Origin: an uncultured Collinsella sp.
GTDB taxonomy: Bacteria > Actinomycetota > Coriobacteriia > Coriobacteriales > Coriobacteriaceae
DNA length: 64,000 nt
Assembly: GCA_900757615.1 (NCBI GenBank)
Contig: CAAEON010000054.1
Span: 13,219-77,218, forward strand
Direction: 5' to 3'
A model generated the notes under the pieces. That model was not told where the DNA came from and did no database searches. It saw only the letters and a program-made list of their open reading frames with translations. Shown piece after piece: positions 1 through 7,909 of the stretch; position 1 is the stretch's first letter, and each line of letters begins with the position of its first letter. The position numbers were made by a program, and so were the translations under genes.

Positions 1-1416
1 CAAAAGGATCAGTTAGAGAATAACTGGACAGCTGTAATGGCTGCAATTTACGCAGAGGCAGACGACGCCGCATATAACGAAGCTATGGGTAAGATTCTGA
101 AACATTATGAAGAGGATGACCCATCTGTATTTGATTTCTTGTCGGGGGTAGCTGAGGGGGCAGGAGTCTCAAAGGAAGATGCAGTAGTTGCAGTTATGGG
201 TTCATCTGTTCTTAACTCTGACCTCATGATGCATTTTGATCCGGAGAGTTCAAATGATCCAGAGCGTTCAAAAACATGTATGAATGTATCTGCTTGGGGA
301 GATATGACTCAGGATGGTCATCATCTTGGAGCCGCTAATCTTGATGCAGTCAGCGCAACACCCGCCGCAATGTTCTCGAGCATGATTTCTTATCCGAAAC
401 ATGGCAATGCAGTCATTGCATCAGGTGGATTGCAAGGAAATGCGTTCATGAACTCTAAAGGCCTTGTTATTACCTATGCCGGAGGGCCTACAGCATCGCC
501 AAGCAAAGGTGCCAAGACAATCGATAGGGAAGGCACCTTCCTCAATACTTTGTTTGCTTATTGGTACACAGCCACAAAGTGCGATACGGCAGACGAAGCA
601 GTCAAAATGCTTACAAAAACTGAGTGGATTCACACGGGTAACATCAACGTTTCCGACAACAAGGGGAATGCGTATCTCATCGAGCAAAAAGATAATGCAT
701 ATGTAGTGCGCAAAGCCGGTGACTACGGTGAGACGGACTATCTAATTGCAGCGAATCATTTCAAGGATAAGTTATGGATGAATGATTCATATGAGGCATA
801 TCCGGATAGCGTGCCAAGAGCCAATACTCTAGAAAAGGTTATGCAAGACGAGAGCGGCAGCGTTACCCCACTCACGCTCGCGAACGGACTCGGAAGCATT
901 CGTTACTATGACGAGGGCAAATGGAGTGAGGAAAATTGGGATTACGGTGGTTTCTATCAGTTCCACTCTCCTGAAGGAGATGACATAGAATTCAAGACAA
1001 TTTTCAGGACAATTTTTGATGCAACTGATCTTGAAATGTATCTCTTGAGAGGTCATGACGAGAAATTCCGTTCAGACGTTCCCTATGGTACAGCTAATTA
1101 CTGCAAGCTTACTCTCGGAAAGGACATGCAGACCACTAATAAAAGCGCAGCAACCGATGCTCGTATTGCAGTAAGAAATGCAGGAGCTGAATTGTATAAG
1201 AATGACTCAGTGGATGACGAGTCGATGGAATATTACAATATGGCTGCTGAGGCGGTGCACACGGGATGCAATTACACAACTATGGCTGATTGTGCCAATG
1301 CGAAAGGCGATAAGGAACAGGCCGCAATTTTGTATGGCCGTGCTACTTCGCAGTTTACCAATGCTCAGCGATACGCACAGGCATCTTATACTACTGAAAA
1401 TGTAATTATTAACTAA
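1..1416 (+). CDS. Cys-Ntn hydrolase / peptidase C45-like protein, probably 5'-truncated by the window edge
   Basis: The frame is open from nt 1, with no stop before the ATG at 37. KTC-MNVSAWGDMTQDGHHLGAANLD and a later IAANHF resemble the Cys-nucleophile Ntn (C45/C59) pattern. Codon usage is AT-rich, unlike the rest of the window. Confidence 0.45.
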   Translation, partial: QKDQLENNWTAVMAAIYAEADDAAYNEAMGKILKHYEEDDPSVFDFLSGVAEGAGVSKEDAVVAVMGSSVLNSDLMMHFDPESSNDPERSKTCMNVSAWGDMTQDGHHLGAANLDAVSATPAAMFSSMISYPKHGNAVIASGGLQGNAFMNSKGLVITYAGGPTASPSKGAKTIDREGTFLNTLFAYWYTATKCDTADEAVKMLTKTEWIHTGNINVSDNKGNAYLIEQKDNAYVVRKAGDYGETDYLIAANHFKDKLWMNDSYEAYPDSVPRANTLEKVMQDESGSVTPLTLANGLGSIRYYDEGKWSEENWDYGGFYQFHSPEGDDIEFKTIFRTIFDATDLEMYLLRGHDEKFRSDVPYGTANYCKLTLGKDMQTTNKSAATDARIAVRNAGAELYKNDSVDDESMEYYNMAAEAVHTGCNYTTMADCANAKGDKEQAAILYGRATSQFTNAQRYAQASYTTENVIIN

Positions 1417-1452
1417 TCTTGCGTAACGCTTAGCTCGTCATTTAAAGAAAGC

Positions 1453-1552
1453 GGAAGTGATCTCGAACCCTCCCTAAAGATAACGCTCGAGATCACTTCC
1501 AAGATGTACCATCATGCCGATCATCTCGGCATGATGGTATTTGTCGTTTATT
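1453..1552 (+). terminator. two consecutive hairpins after the C45-like gene, the second with a T-tract
   Basis: First hairpin: ggaagtgatctcga (1453-1466) / tcgagatcacttcc (1487-1500). Second hairpin: taccatcatgccga (1507-1520) / tcggcatgatggta (1526-1539), followed by tttgtcgtttatt. Confidence 0.6.
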
Positions 1553-1856
1553 CGCGCTGCCAGGCTTTCCTGCGTCTGACCCGGAGTTTCGGTCGCGGAG
1601 GCCGGTTCAAACCAACGACCTCCAAGGCGCAGAAATTGATACGGGGATCCAAAATGCCCGCGCAGCAACTAGCTCGCCGCATGGTCTTTGCCCCGCTGGC
1701 ACAAGGGCCCTCACTTGATAGCCTTTTCTACTGAGAAAGATTCTACGTGCTAGTCCGGTCTTTTTTACCAGCGTTTGGCTTTATTGCACTCCGGTAGGCT
1801 TCTTTGTGCATGATTCCGTCTTATTTTCTTCGCTATTTCTTCGCCGCACTATTTAG

Positions 1857-1896
1857 CCAAAAGAAAACAGCCCAGAGGAACAATGCCTCTGAGCTG
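1857..1896 (-). terminator. rho-independent terminator downstream of tRNA-Met
   Basis: Stem cagcccagagg (1868-1878) / cctctgagctg (1886-1896) with one mismatch. On the minus strand it is followed by ttttcttttgg. Confidence 0.6.
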
Positions 1897-1906
1897 CTAA
1901 AAGTCT

Positions 1907-1983
1907 TGGTCGCGGGGGCAGGATTTGAACCTACGACCTCCGGGTTATGAGCCCGGCGAGCTACCAGACTGCTCCACCCCGCA
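1907..1983 (-). tRNA. tRNA-Met (anticodon CAU), initiator-like
   Basis: The reverse complement reads tGCGGGGTGGAGCAGTCTGGTAGCTCGCCGGGCTCATAACCCGGAGGTCGTAGGTTCAAATCCTGCCCCCGCGACCA. It has a full cloverleaf, loop CTCATAA, three G:C pairs closing the anticodon stem, a weak U1-G72 pair and an encoded CCA. It is very close to the E. coli tRNA-fMet sequence as I recall it. Confidence 0.9.
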
Positions 1984-2180
1984 ATGTCTGGGCGCCTCAT
2001 GTGCGCAAGAAAGAATATTACGCGGGAGTTCGGTAAGCGGCAAGGAAAATCTCGTAGAGCATAATTCCTTCATATTTAAAACCCCTCAGCCCCTATCACC
2101 GTAAACGAATCGCAGTCGAGCACCGTCGGCGGCGCGTATACAATGGTGCGCGTCCTTTTATGCCAACACTGGGAGTAGAC

Positions 2181-2954
2181 ATGCTGCTCGCTATCGATAT
2201 GGGAAACACGCAGACGGCCATGGGCCTGTTTGACGGAGACGAGCTGGTGCAGTCGTGGCGCATGCCCACCGACCGCTCTTATACCGCCGACGAGATTCAT
2301 GTGCGCCTGATGGGTTTCTTTAAGATGTACGGCCTTTCGCTCGATGCGGTCGACGCGATCGCCTTTGCCGGCGTAGTGCCGCAGCTCTCGCGCGAGTGGC
2401 ACACCGTGGCCGACCGCATCGCGGCAGACGCCATCGTCATTGGGCCACAGACGGCCGCGGTGACCAAGCTGCGCGCGACGCGCCCCCAGGCCGTAGGTGC
2501 CGACCGCGTCGCCAACGCCGTTGCGGCCGAAACTTTCTACGGTGCGCCGGCAATCGTGGTGGACTTTGGCACCGCGACCAATATCGACGTCATCGATGAG
2601 GACGGTTATTACATTGGTGGGGCGATCGCGCCGGGCATCCGCATCTCCATGGACGCGCTTGCCGCCCGTGCCGCTAAGCTCGCCAGCGTGCCGCTCGAGG
2701 CGCCCGAACACGCCATCGGTCGCGACACCGAAGAGTGCATCAAGGTCGGCGCCGTGATGGGCGCCGCCGCCATGGCCGAGGGCCTGGTCGCGCGCATGAA
2801 GCGCGAGCTGGGCCGCGACGATGCCACCGTTATCGCCACAGGCGGTCTCGCCGGCATCGTCGCCGATTCGACCGATGCCTTCGACGTGGTCGACGGACAG
2901 CTCACCATCAAGGGTATCTGCGAAATCTACCGCCGCATGCAGGAGCAGGGGTAG
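2181..2954 (+). CDS. coaX: type III pantothenate kinase
   Basis: MLLAIDMGNTQT start, with VGADRVANAV, VVDFGTATN and IATGGLA motifs typical of CoaX. GGGAG lies 5 nt upstream of the ATG at 2181. Confidence 0.85.
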   Translation: MLLAIDMGNTQTAMGLFDGDELVQSWRMPTDRSYTADEIHVRLMGFFKMYGLSLDAVDAIAFAGVVPQLSREWHTVADRIAADAIVIGPQTAAVTKLRATRPQAVGADRVANAVAAETFYGAPAIVVDFGTATNIDVIDEDGYYIGGAIAPGIRISMDALAARAAKLASVPLEAPEHAIGRDTEECIKVGAVMGAAAMAEGLVARMKRELGRDDATVIATGGLAGIVADSTDAFDVVDGQLTIKGICEIYRRMQEQG

Positions 2955-3003
2955 AACGGGCGCCAAGTCGTGCGCGCCAGGTCGCAGCAACCAGCCGCCA
3001 ATC

Positions 3004-3046
3004 CTATTCCTCAAAATCGAAAAATTTTCAGTTTTGAGGAATAGGG
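3004..3046. repeat. hairpin repeat copy 1 (13-bp perfect stem ctattcctcaaaa/ttttgaggaatag, 15-nt loop)
   Basis: Sequence is ctattcctcaaaatcgaaaaattttcagttttgaggaataggg. It lies 8 nt beyond the stop of the ATPase gene, between convergent coaX and the ATPase. It matches copy 3 at 41 of 43 positions. Confidence 0.9.
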
Positions 3047-3053
3047 CTTTCTG

Positions 3054-4250
3054 CTAGGCCTCGTCGCACAGCCACCTCGCCAGATCCACGATCTGCACCC
3101 CATTGCGGTCCGTGGCTTCGTGATGCGTGCGGGCGAGAATCATCTTGGGATACGCGTCGCCAATGCTCAGCAGTGGTGAAATCTCGCGTTCAAATGTCTT
3201 ATCCGAGCTGATGTCGTCGCTCACCTGAATGTAGAGCTTCTCGCTTCGCTTGATTGCTACAAAGTCTATTTCCTTTTTATAGAGTACGCCAACGTATACC
3301 TCATATCCGCGGCGCAGCAGCTCGATGGCCACCATGTTCTCGTACACACGACCCCAGTCCATATCGCGTGTACCGAGCAGTGCGTATTTGAACGCGTGGT
3401 CTGCCAGGTAATACTTCTCGCCGCTCTTAAGGTATTTCTTGCCGCGAATGTCATATCGACGAACTTTATAGAAGGCAAACGCATCGCACAGGTACCCCAT
3501 GTACGTGCCGACCGTCTTGTTCGTAATCTTTAGCCCATCCGCATTCAAAACATCTGTAATGTTGCGTGCCGACGTTATGTTGGAGACGTTGTCCATCATG
3601 TAATCGGCAATGCGCAGCAGTGCCGATTCGTTTCTCACGTTATGCCGCTGCACGATATCCCTCACGATGAGCGTTTTGAAGACATTGGAGAGATATTGGT
3701 AGCGCTGCTCCTGCAGTGGATAAGGGTAAGAGCCGGACATACCGCCGGTTCTCGCGTACTCATCGAAGTCGCGATCGACCTCGCCCTCGTCACTATAGAA
3801 GCGATACTCCTCAAACGAGAATGGGAAAACCTCGATCTCGAACGTGCGCCCCGTAAAGAGCGTCGACAGATCGCTCGACAGCAAAAAGGCGTTCGATCCG
3901 GTGATGAAGATGTCGTACTGCTCGGATGCATGGAGGCTGTTGATCGCGCGTTCAAAGCCGTCGCACATCTGAACCTCGTCGATAAGCAGGAAGTTTTGCT
4001 TGTCGGACACTCGATGCTCTTTCACATAGGCGAGCAGGGCATGATATTCGAGCAGGCCCTCGAACTCGTCGAGGTTGTAATTGATATGGATGACATTCGA
4101 ATTGGACAGATTTGCCTCCACGTAATCGCGGAGGGCCTCGAGCAATTTTGACTTACCGCTACGGCGAATGCCCGTTATGACCTTGATGTCCGGTACGCCA
4201 ATAAGGCTCGTCAACGTGTCCATATATGACGTTCTATTGATGAGTTTCAT
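3054..4250 (-). CDS. AAA+ ATPase of the COG1373 type (AAA_14 N-domain plus DUF4143-like C-domain)
   Basis: Walker A is GIRRSGKSKLL and Walker B is FLLIDEVQ. The C-terminal segment IELLRRGYEVYVG..KEIDFVAIKRSEKLYIQVS resembles the restriction-endonuclease-like DUF4143 core. GGGAGG precedes the ATG. GC is about 45-55 % on sampled lines, lower than the neighbours. Confidence 0.7.
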   Translation of the reverse strand: MKLINRTSYMDTLTSLIGVPDIKVITGIRRSGKSKLLEALRDYVEANLSNSNVIHINYNLDEFEGLLEYHALLAYVKEHRVSDKQNFLLIDEVQMCDGFERAINSLHASEQYDIFITGSNAFLLSSDLSTLFTGRTFEIEVFPFSFEEYRFYSDEGEVDRDFDEYARTGGMSGSYPYPLQEQRYQYLSNVFKTLIVRDIVQRHNVRNESALLRIADYMMDNVSNITSARNITDVLNADGLKITNKTVGTYMGYLCDAFAFYKVRRYDIRGKKYLKSGEKYYLADHAFKYALLGTRDMDWGRVYENMVAIELLRRGYEVYVGVLYKKEIDFVAIKRSEKLYIQVSDDISSDKTFEREISPLLSIGDAYPKMILARTHHEATDRNGVQIVDLARWLCDEA

Positions 4251-4276
4251 CGGTGCCTCCCTGCGGTCTTCTATCG

Positions 4277-4317
4277 CTATTCCTCAAAAACGAAAATTAT
4301 TCAGTTTTGAGGAATAG
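4277..4317. repeat. hairpin repeat copy 2
   Basis: Sequence is ctattcctcaaaaacgaaaattattcagttttgaggaatag. The stem is identical to copies 1 and 3, with 3 loop differences. It lies 27 nt upstream of the ATPase start. Confidence 0.9.
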
Positions 4318-4362
4318 ACTCTGCAACGAATATACCTCGTTAAAGGCCGAGCTGGCTTAATT

Positions 4363-4405
4363 CTATTCCTCAAAATCGAAAGTTTTTCAGTTTTGAGGAA
4401 TAGGG
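4363..4405. repeat. hairpin repeat copy 3
   Basis: Sequence is ctattcctcaaaatcgaaagtttttcagttttgaggaataggg. It is in direct orientation to copy 1, so the two bracket the ATPase gene. Confidence 0.9.
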
Positions 4406-4431
4406 TGCTGACAACCCATTCCCCAAACAAG

Positions 4432-4467
4432 CGAAGCCCTCCCCGGTGCAGGCCGAGGAGGGCTTCG
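4432..4467 (-). terminator. hairpin downstream of the BirA-like gene
   Basis: Stem cgaagccctcc (4432-4442) / ggagggcttcg (4457-4467), located 36 nt after the stop at 4503. The following tract is only moderately T-rich. Confidence 0.5.
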
Positions 4468-4502
4468 TTGTCATCGTTATCTTTGAGCGCGGGCGCTACG
4501 CG

Positions 4503-5204
4503 TTACAGTCCGCGAATCCGTACGGCCTCGGGCGGAAACTCCTGCTCGCCGGCATCGGTCTTGATGGTCGCGCGGCCCCAGATGTCCAGGCCCGCAAACA
4601 CACCGACCGCAAGCGGCAAACCGTTGGGCGACACCGCCGCGACCTGACGACCCAGCAGTGGCACCATGTCAAAGTACTCGCCCAGCACCGGAGCCAGCGG
4701 GCCGGCGGCGCCCTGCGGGGTGTTCGCGACGGCAGCCCAGGCATCCACGCGGGCCAGCACGGCGGCGGCCAACGCCTCGATCAGCGCCTCATCTGCCATA
4801 TCCACGCCGAGCTCGCCCAGCGCCGCACGCTCAATATCAACCGTCACCGCGGCAAACATACCCGCGGCACCGGCACCGCCGTTCACGGCAACACGCGCGA
4901 GTGACGTCTCAAACGCAGGCGCACCGCACACGATATCGCTCGGCCACTGGATACCCACCTTGCCGGCAAGGCCCAACCCCGGCGTCGAAGCCGTGCCCAC
5001 GAGCGCATCCATCATGCCCATCGCGGCCACAAACGGCAGGCCGTGGAAGGCGTGCATATTCACATCGGGGCGCACGACCAGCGAAAACGTCAGCGAAGCA
5101 TCGCCCGCGCTCCACGCGCACCAGCCCGCGGACACGCCCTCGCGGCCCGCGTCACGCGCCGCGTCGAGCTCGGTGCCGGCGGCAACAGCATTCATCTCGA
5201 TCAT
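4503..5204 (-). CDS. biotin/lipoate protein ligase family protein (BirA-like catalytic domain, no HTH)
   Basis: GIQWPSDIV matches the KWPND motif and SLTFSLVVRP matches the BirA core. The expected GRGRxGR loop reads DAGREGVSAG. Its start abuts the folK stop (TAGATG). Confidence 0.55.
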   Translation of the reverse strand: MIEMNAVAAGTELDAARDAGREGVSAGWCAWSAGDASLTFSLVVRPDVNMHAFHGLPFVAAMGMMDALVGTASTPGLGLAGKVGIQWPSDIVCGAPAFETSLARVAVNGGAGAAGMFAAVTVDIERAALGELGVDMADEALIEALAAAVLARVDAWAAVANTPQGAAGPLAPVLGEYFDMVPLLGRQVAAVSPNGLPLAVGVFAGLDIWGRATIKTDAGEQEFPPEAVRIRGL

Positions 5205-6926
5205 CTACATACGCCCCAATTCGCCCACGATATGGCCCACGCGATCCTCGGGCTCCTTGACCTCGACGCCGTTGTAGCGGAAGAACCGCGCCGGATCGTG
5301 CATCAGATCCTCGAGCGGCACCAGCACAAAGTCGCGCTCGCCGATCAGCGGATGCGGCAGGCGCAGCTTTTTGCCGCCGTGGGTCTCGCCGTCCATCCAC
5401 AGCAGATCCAGGTCGATGGTGCGCGGACCGTTGGCCTTGGCCTTTTTGGAACGGTCGCGGCCCAGCTCGGCCTCGATCTTCATGAGCTCGTCGAGAAGCA
5501 CCAACGGCGCCAGCTCGGTCTTAATCTCGATGACGGCGTTGGCAAACGCATCCTGGCGCATCTCGTAGGCCGGCTCGCTCTCGTAGATCTTGGAGGAGTT
5601 GGACACGCAGGTGAGTGGAATCTCGGCAATCATGTCGCGTGCGGCGCGGATGTTGTCACAGCGATGCCCCAGGTTGGAGCCCACGGCCACAAACGCGCGG
5701 CGCGGCTGCGGCTTGGCAACCGCCCAGTAGCCGTTCAGGAACTGCGCAAAACCCGCGGCGTCGTGCACGCGCACGATGTTGGCACCGGCCTGGATGGCGC
5801 CCAGGCACACGCCAAACGTAGCGGCATCGCGCTCGGCGGCCTCGGTCACGCCCGAGACGGCGCCCACAAAGCGCTTGCGCGATACGGCGCACATGAGCGG
5901 ATAGCCCAGTGACGCCATCTTGGCAGTCTCGCGCTGGATGACGATGTCCTCGTTGGCCGTCTTGCCAAAGCCCGGACCGGGATCGATGCAGATGCGGTCG
6001 CGCGACACGCCGGCGTGGATGAGCGCGCGGGCCTGGTCGGACAGAAAGCCCATGACGCGGCGCATGATGGGCGCCGAATCGGGCAGGGTGAAGCGGCGGA
6101 GCTGCGAGGTGGGCACGTAGGCTTCCTCGCGGCGGGCGCTGCGGCGCATCATGGCGGCCAGGTGGTCATTGGGCTCCGATGCGGCCTCGGGCGCGGGCGC
6201 GACGGCCTCGGCGGCAGTAGCCTGCTCGGTGGCGGGCGCCTCCTGCTCGCTTGCGGGCTCAGACGTGGGCTCCGGTTCACCAAACGGCAGCGAGGGCTGC
6301 ACCACGCCACCCGGGAGCTTCGCCTCGGGCTTAGGGTCGCCCAGCAGCTTGCCACGGCGACGGCGGGCAGGCTTCTCCGCCTCGCGCGCGGCCTCAGCAG
6401 CCGCTTCGCGCGCCTTCTCGGCAACAAACGCCGCGGCCGAGGTATCGAGCTGCACCGTCGCGTGCGTACGAGCGGGCGCGGCGACCTCGCCGGCATGCAT
6501 CACGATGACGCCGCAGGTGCTCGTCTTAACAAACTCGACCATCTTGGGGTCGGTGAAGCCGGTCACGTCGTTGACGATCGAGGCGCCGCAGCGCACGGCC
6601 GCCTTAGCAACCGCCACGTGGCGCGTGTCAATCGAGACGATGGCGCCCTCCTTGGCCAGTGCGCGCACCACGGGCAGCACGCGGCGAGCCTCCTCGTCGG
6701 GGTTGACCGGGGTAAAACCAGGGCGCGTGGACTCGCCGCCTACGTCGATGATGTCGGCGCCGGCGTCGAGCATCGTCAGGCCATACTCGATCGCGGCGTC
6801 CGGGTCGAAGTGCTCCCCGCCATCGCTAAACGAATCGGGCGTCACGTTGAGGACGCCCATGATGCGCGGACGGTCAAAGCTGAGCTCATACTTTCCGCAC
6901 CGCCATGTCTTGCTGTCGTTCGCCAT
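5205..6926 (-). CDS. folP-folK: dihydropteroate synthase fused to HPPK (6-hydroxymethyl-dihydropterin pyrophosphokinase)
   Basis: DHPS motifs: IMGVLNVTPDSFSDGG, DIIDVGGESTRPG, VSIDT, IVNDVTG, DPGPGFGKT. HPPK motifs in the C-terminal part: AFVAVGSNLG, IYESEPA, RTIDLDLL, LPHP. GGAGGA lies upstream of the ATG at 6926. The longer 710-aa ORF overlaps cobB and is rejected. Confidence 0.85.
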   Translation of the reverse strand: MANDSKTWRCGKYELSFDRPRIMGVLNVTPDSFSDGGEHFDPDAAIEYGLTMLDAGADIIDVGGESTRPGFTPVNPDEEARRVLPVVRALAKEGAIVSIDTRHVAVAKAAVRCGASIVNDVTGFTDPKMVEFVKTSTCGVIVMHAGEVAAPARTHATVQLDTSAAAFVAEKAREAAAEAAREAEKPARRRRGKLLGDPKPEAKLPGGVVQPSLPFGEPEPTSEPASEQEAPATEQATAAEAVAPAPEAASEPNDHLAAMMRRSARREEAYVPTSQLRRFTLPDSAPIMRRVMGFLSDQARALIHAGVSRDRICIDPGPGFGKTANEDIVIQRETAKMASLGYPLMCAVSRKRFVGAVSGVTEAAERDAATFGVCLGAIQAGANIVRVHDAAGFAQFLNGYWAVAKPQPRRAFVAVGSNLGHRCDNIRAARDMIAEIPLTCVSNSSKIYESEPAYEMRQDAFANAVIEIKTELAPLVLLDELMKIEAELGRDRSKKAKANGPRTIDLDLLWMDGETHGGKKLRLPHPLIGERDFVLVPLEDLMHDPARFFRYNGVEVKEPEDRVGHIVGELGRM

Positions 6927-7021
6927 GAACATCCTCCTAAAATGCCCACGCCGTCGAGCTTGGGGAGCTGGCGGCGGGGTCGCTTTGCACTCAGTCTTTC
7001 TATTGTATCCGCGCGCGCGGG

Positions 7022-7774
7022 CTAGAACGCAAACGCGGCCGCGATGTCGCAAGAAATCAGCAGGTCGGCATTTGCATCCTGATCGGTGGGAGCAAGGTTG
7101 CATATGGCCAGCGTATCGCCGGTAAAGTATCGCGTAAGGCCTGCCGCCGGATACACCACGAGCGAGGTCCCGCCTACAATGAGGGCATCGGCCGCGGCGA
7201 TGGCGGCAACGGCACCGGTCAACACATGCTCGTCGAGCGGCTCTTCGTAGAGCACCACATCGGGCTTGATGCGCCCGCCGCACGCGGGGCACACGGGCAC
7301 GCCCGCGGCGTCCTCGTGCTCGCGCGAGCAAATCCACTCGGCGCTATAGACCGCTCCGCACGACTGGCAAATGTTGCGATGGACCGATCCGTGCAACTCA
7401 AACACGCGCTGCGAGCCCGCCATCTGATGCAAGCCGTCGATGTTTTGCGTCACCACAGCATCAAGCTTGCCGGCGCGCTCCAGCTCGGCCAGCTTGGTGT
7501 GGCAGCGGTTGGGCTTAGCGTTAAGCGCGATCATCTTGGTGCGGTAAAAGTCGAAGAACTCCGCCGAATGTGTCTCGTAAAAGCTGTGCGAGAGCATGGT
7601 CTCGGGCGGATAGGCAAACTGCTGGTGATACAGGCCGTCCACGCTGCGAAAATCGGGAATGCCGCTTGCCGTGGAAACACCAGCGCCGCCAAAGAACACC
7701 ACGCGCTCGTGGGTATTGAACAGCTCCGCCAGCGCGGCGGAGGCCTGCCTGGGGTCCGATATTGCCTGCGTCAT
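7022..7774 (-). CDS. cobB: NAD-dependent protein deacylase (Sir2/CobB family)
   Basis: Motifs GAGVSTASGIPDFRS, TQNIDGLH, HGS and a CxxC..CPACGG zinc ribbon. GGAGGA SD present. Confidence 0.85.
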   Translation of the reverse strand: MTQAISDPRQASAALAELFNTHERVVFFGGAGVSTASGIPDFRSVDGLYHQQFAYPPETMLSHSFYETHSAEFFDFYRTKMIALNAKPNRCHTKLAELERAGKLDAVVTQNIDGLHQMAGSQRVFELHGSVHRNICQSCGAVYSAEWICSREHEDAAGVPVCPACGGRIKPDVVLYEEPLDEHVLTGAVAAIAAADALIVGGTSLVVYPAAGLTRYFTGDTLAICNLAPTDQDANADLLISCDIAAAFAF

Positions 7775-7909
7775 ATGAGTCCTCCGTCCTTGTTAGTCGG
7801 GCAGCGTTGGGCGACGTCCCAACATGCGGCCTTTAAGTCAGCATGCGCGGAGCCCACCCCGCCCCTGTTGCGCTAATCTTAAGCCTGCCAACCCCGTCGA
7901 AAGGACACC

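Noticed and set aside
1590-1635. tRNA-like fragment (ggtcgcggaggccggttcaaaccaacgacctcc) resembling the acceptor/T-arm of the nearby tRNA-Met. It could have been an att duplicate, a second tRNA or a tmRNA end.
   Set aside because: It cannot be folded into a T-arm or cloverleaf. The orientation of the TTCAAA relative to the flanks is wrong for the minus-strand tRNA. The similarity is short and gapped, and there are no tmRNA hallmarks.
6927-7337. N-terminal 136-aa extension of the 710-aa ORF containing folP-folK
   Set aside because: The extension is Arg/Cys-rich nonsense that overlaps the cobB coding region on the same strand. A GGAGGA SD precedes the internal ATG at 6926, where the DHPS homology begins.
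7022-7774. Sir2-domain protein as an anti-phage effector (Thoeris/DSR/SIR2-HerA-like)
   Set aside because: It is a compact 250-aa CobB-type sirtuin with intact GAGxS, TQNID, HG and Zn-ribbon motifs. It has no fused or adjacent sensor, helicase or TIR partner, and it is embedded in a housekeeping context.
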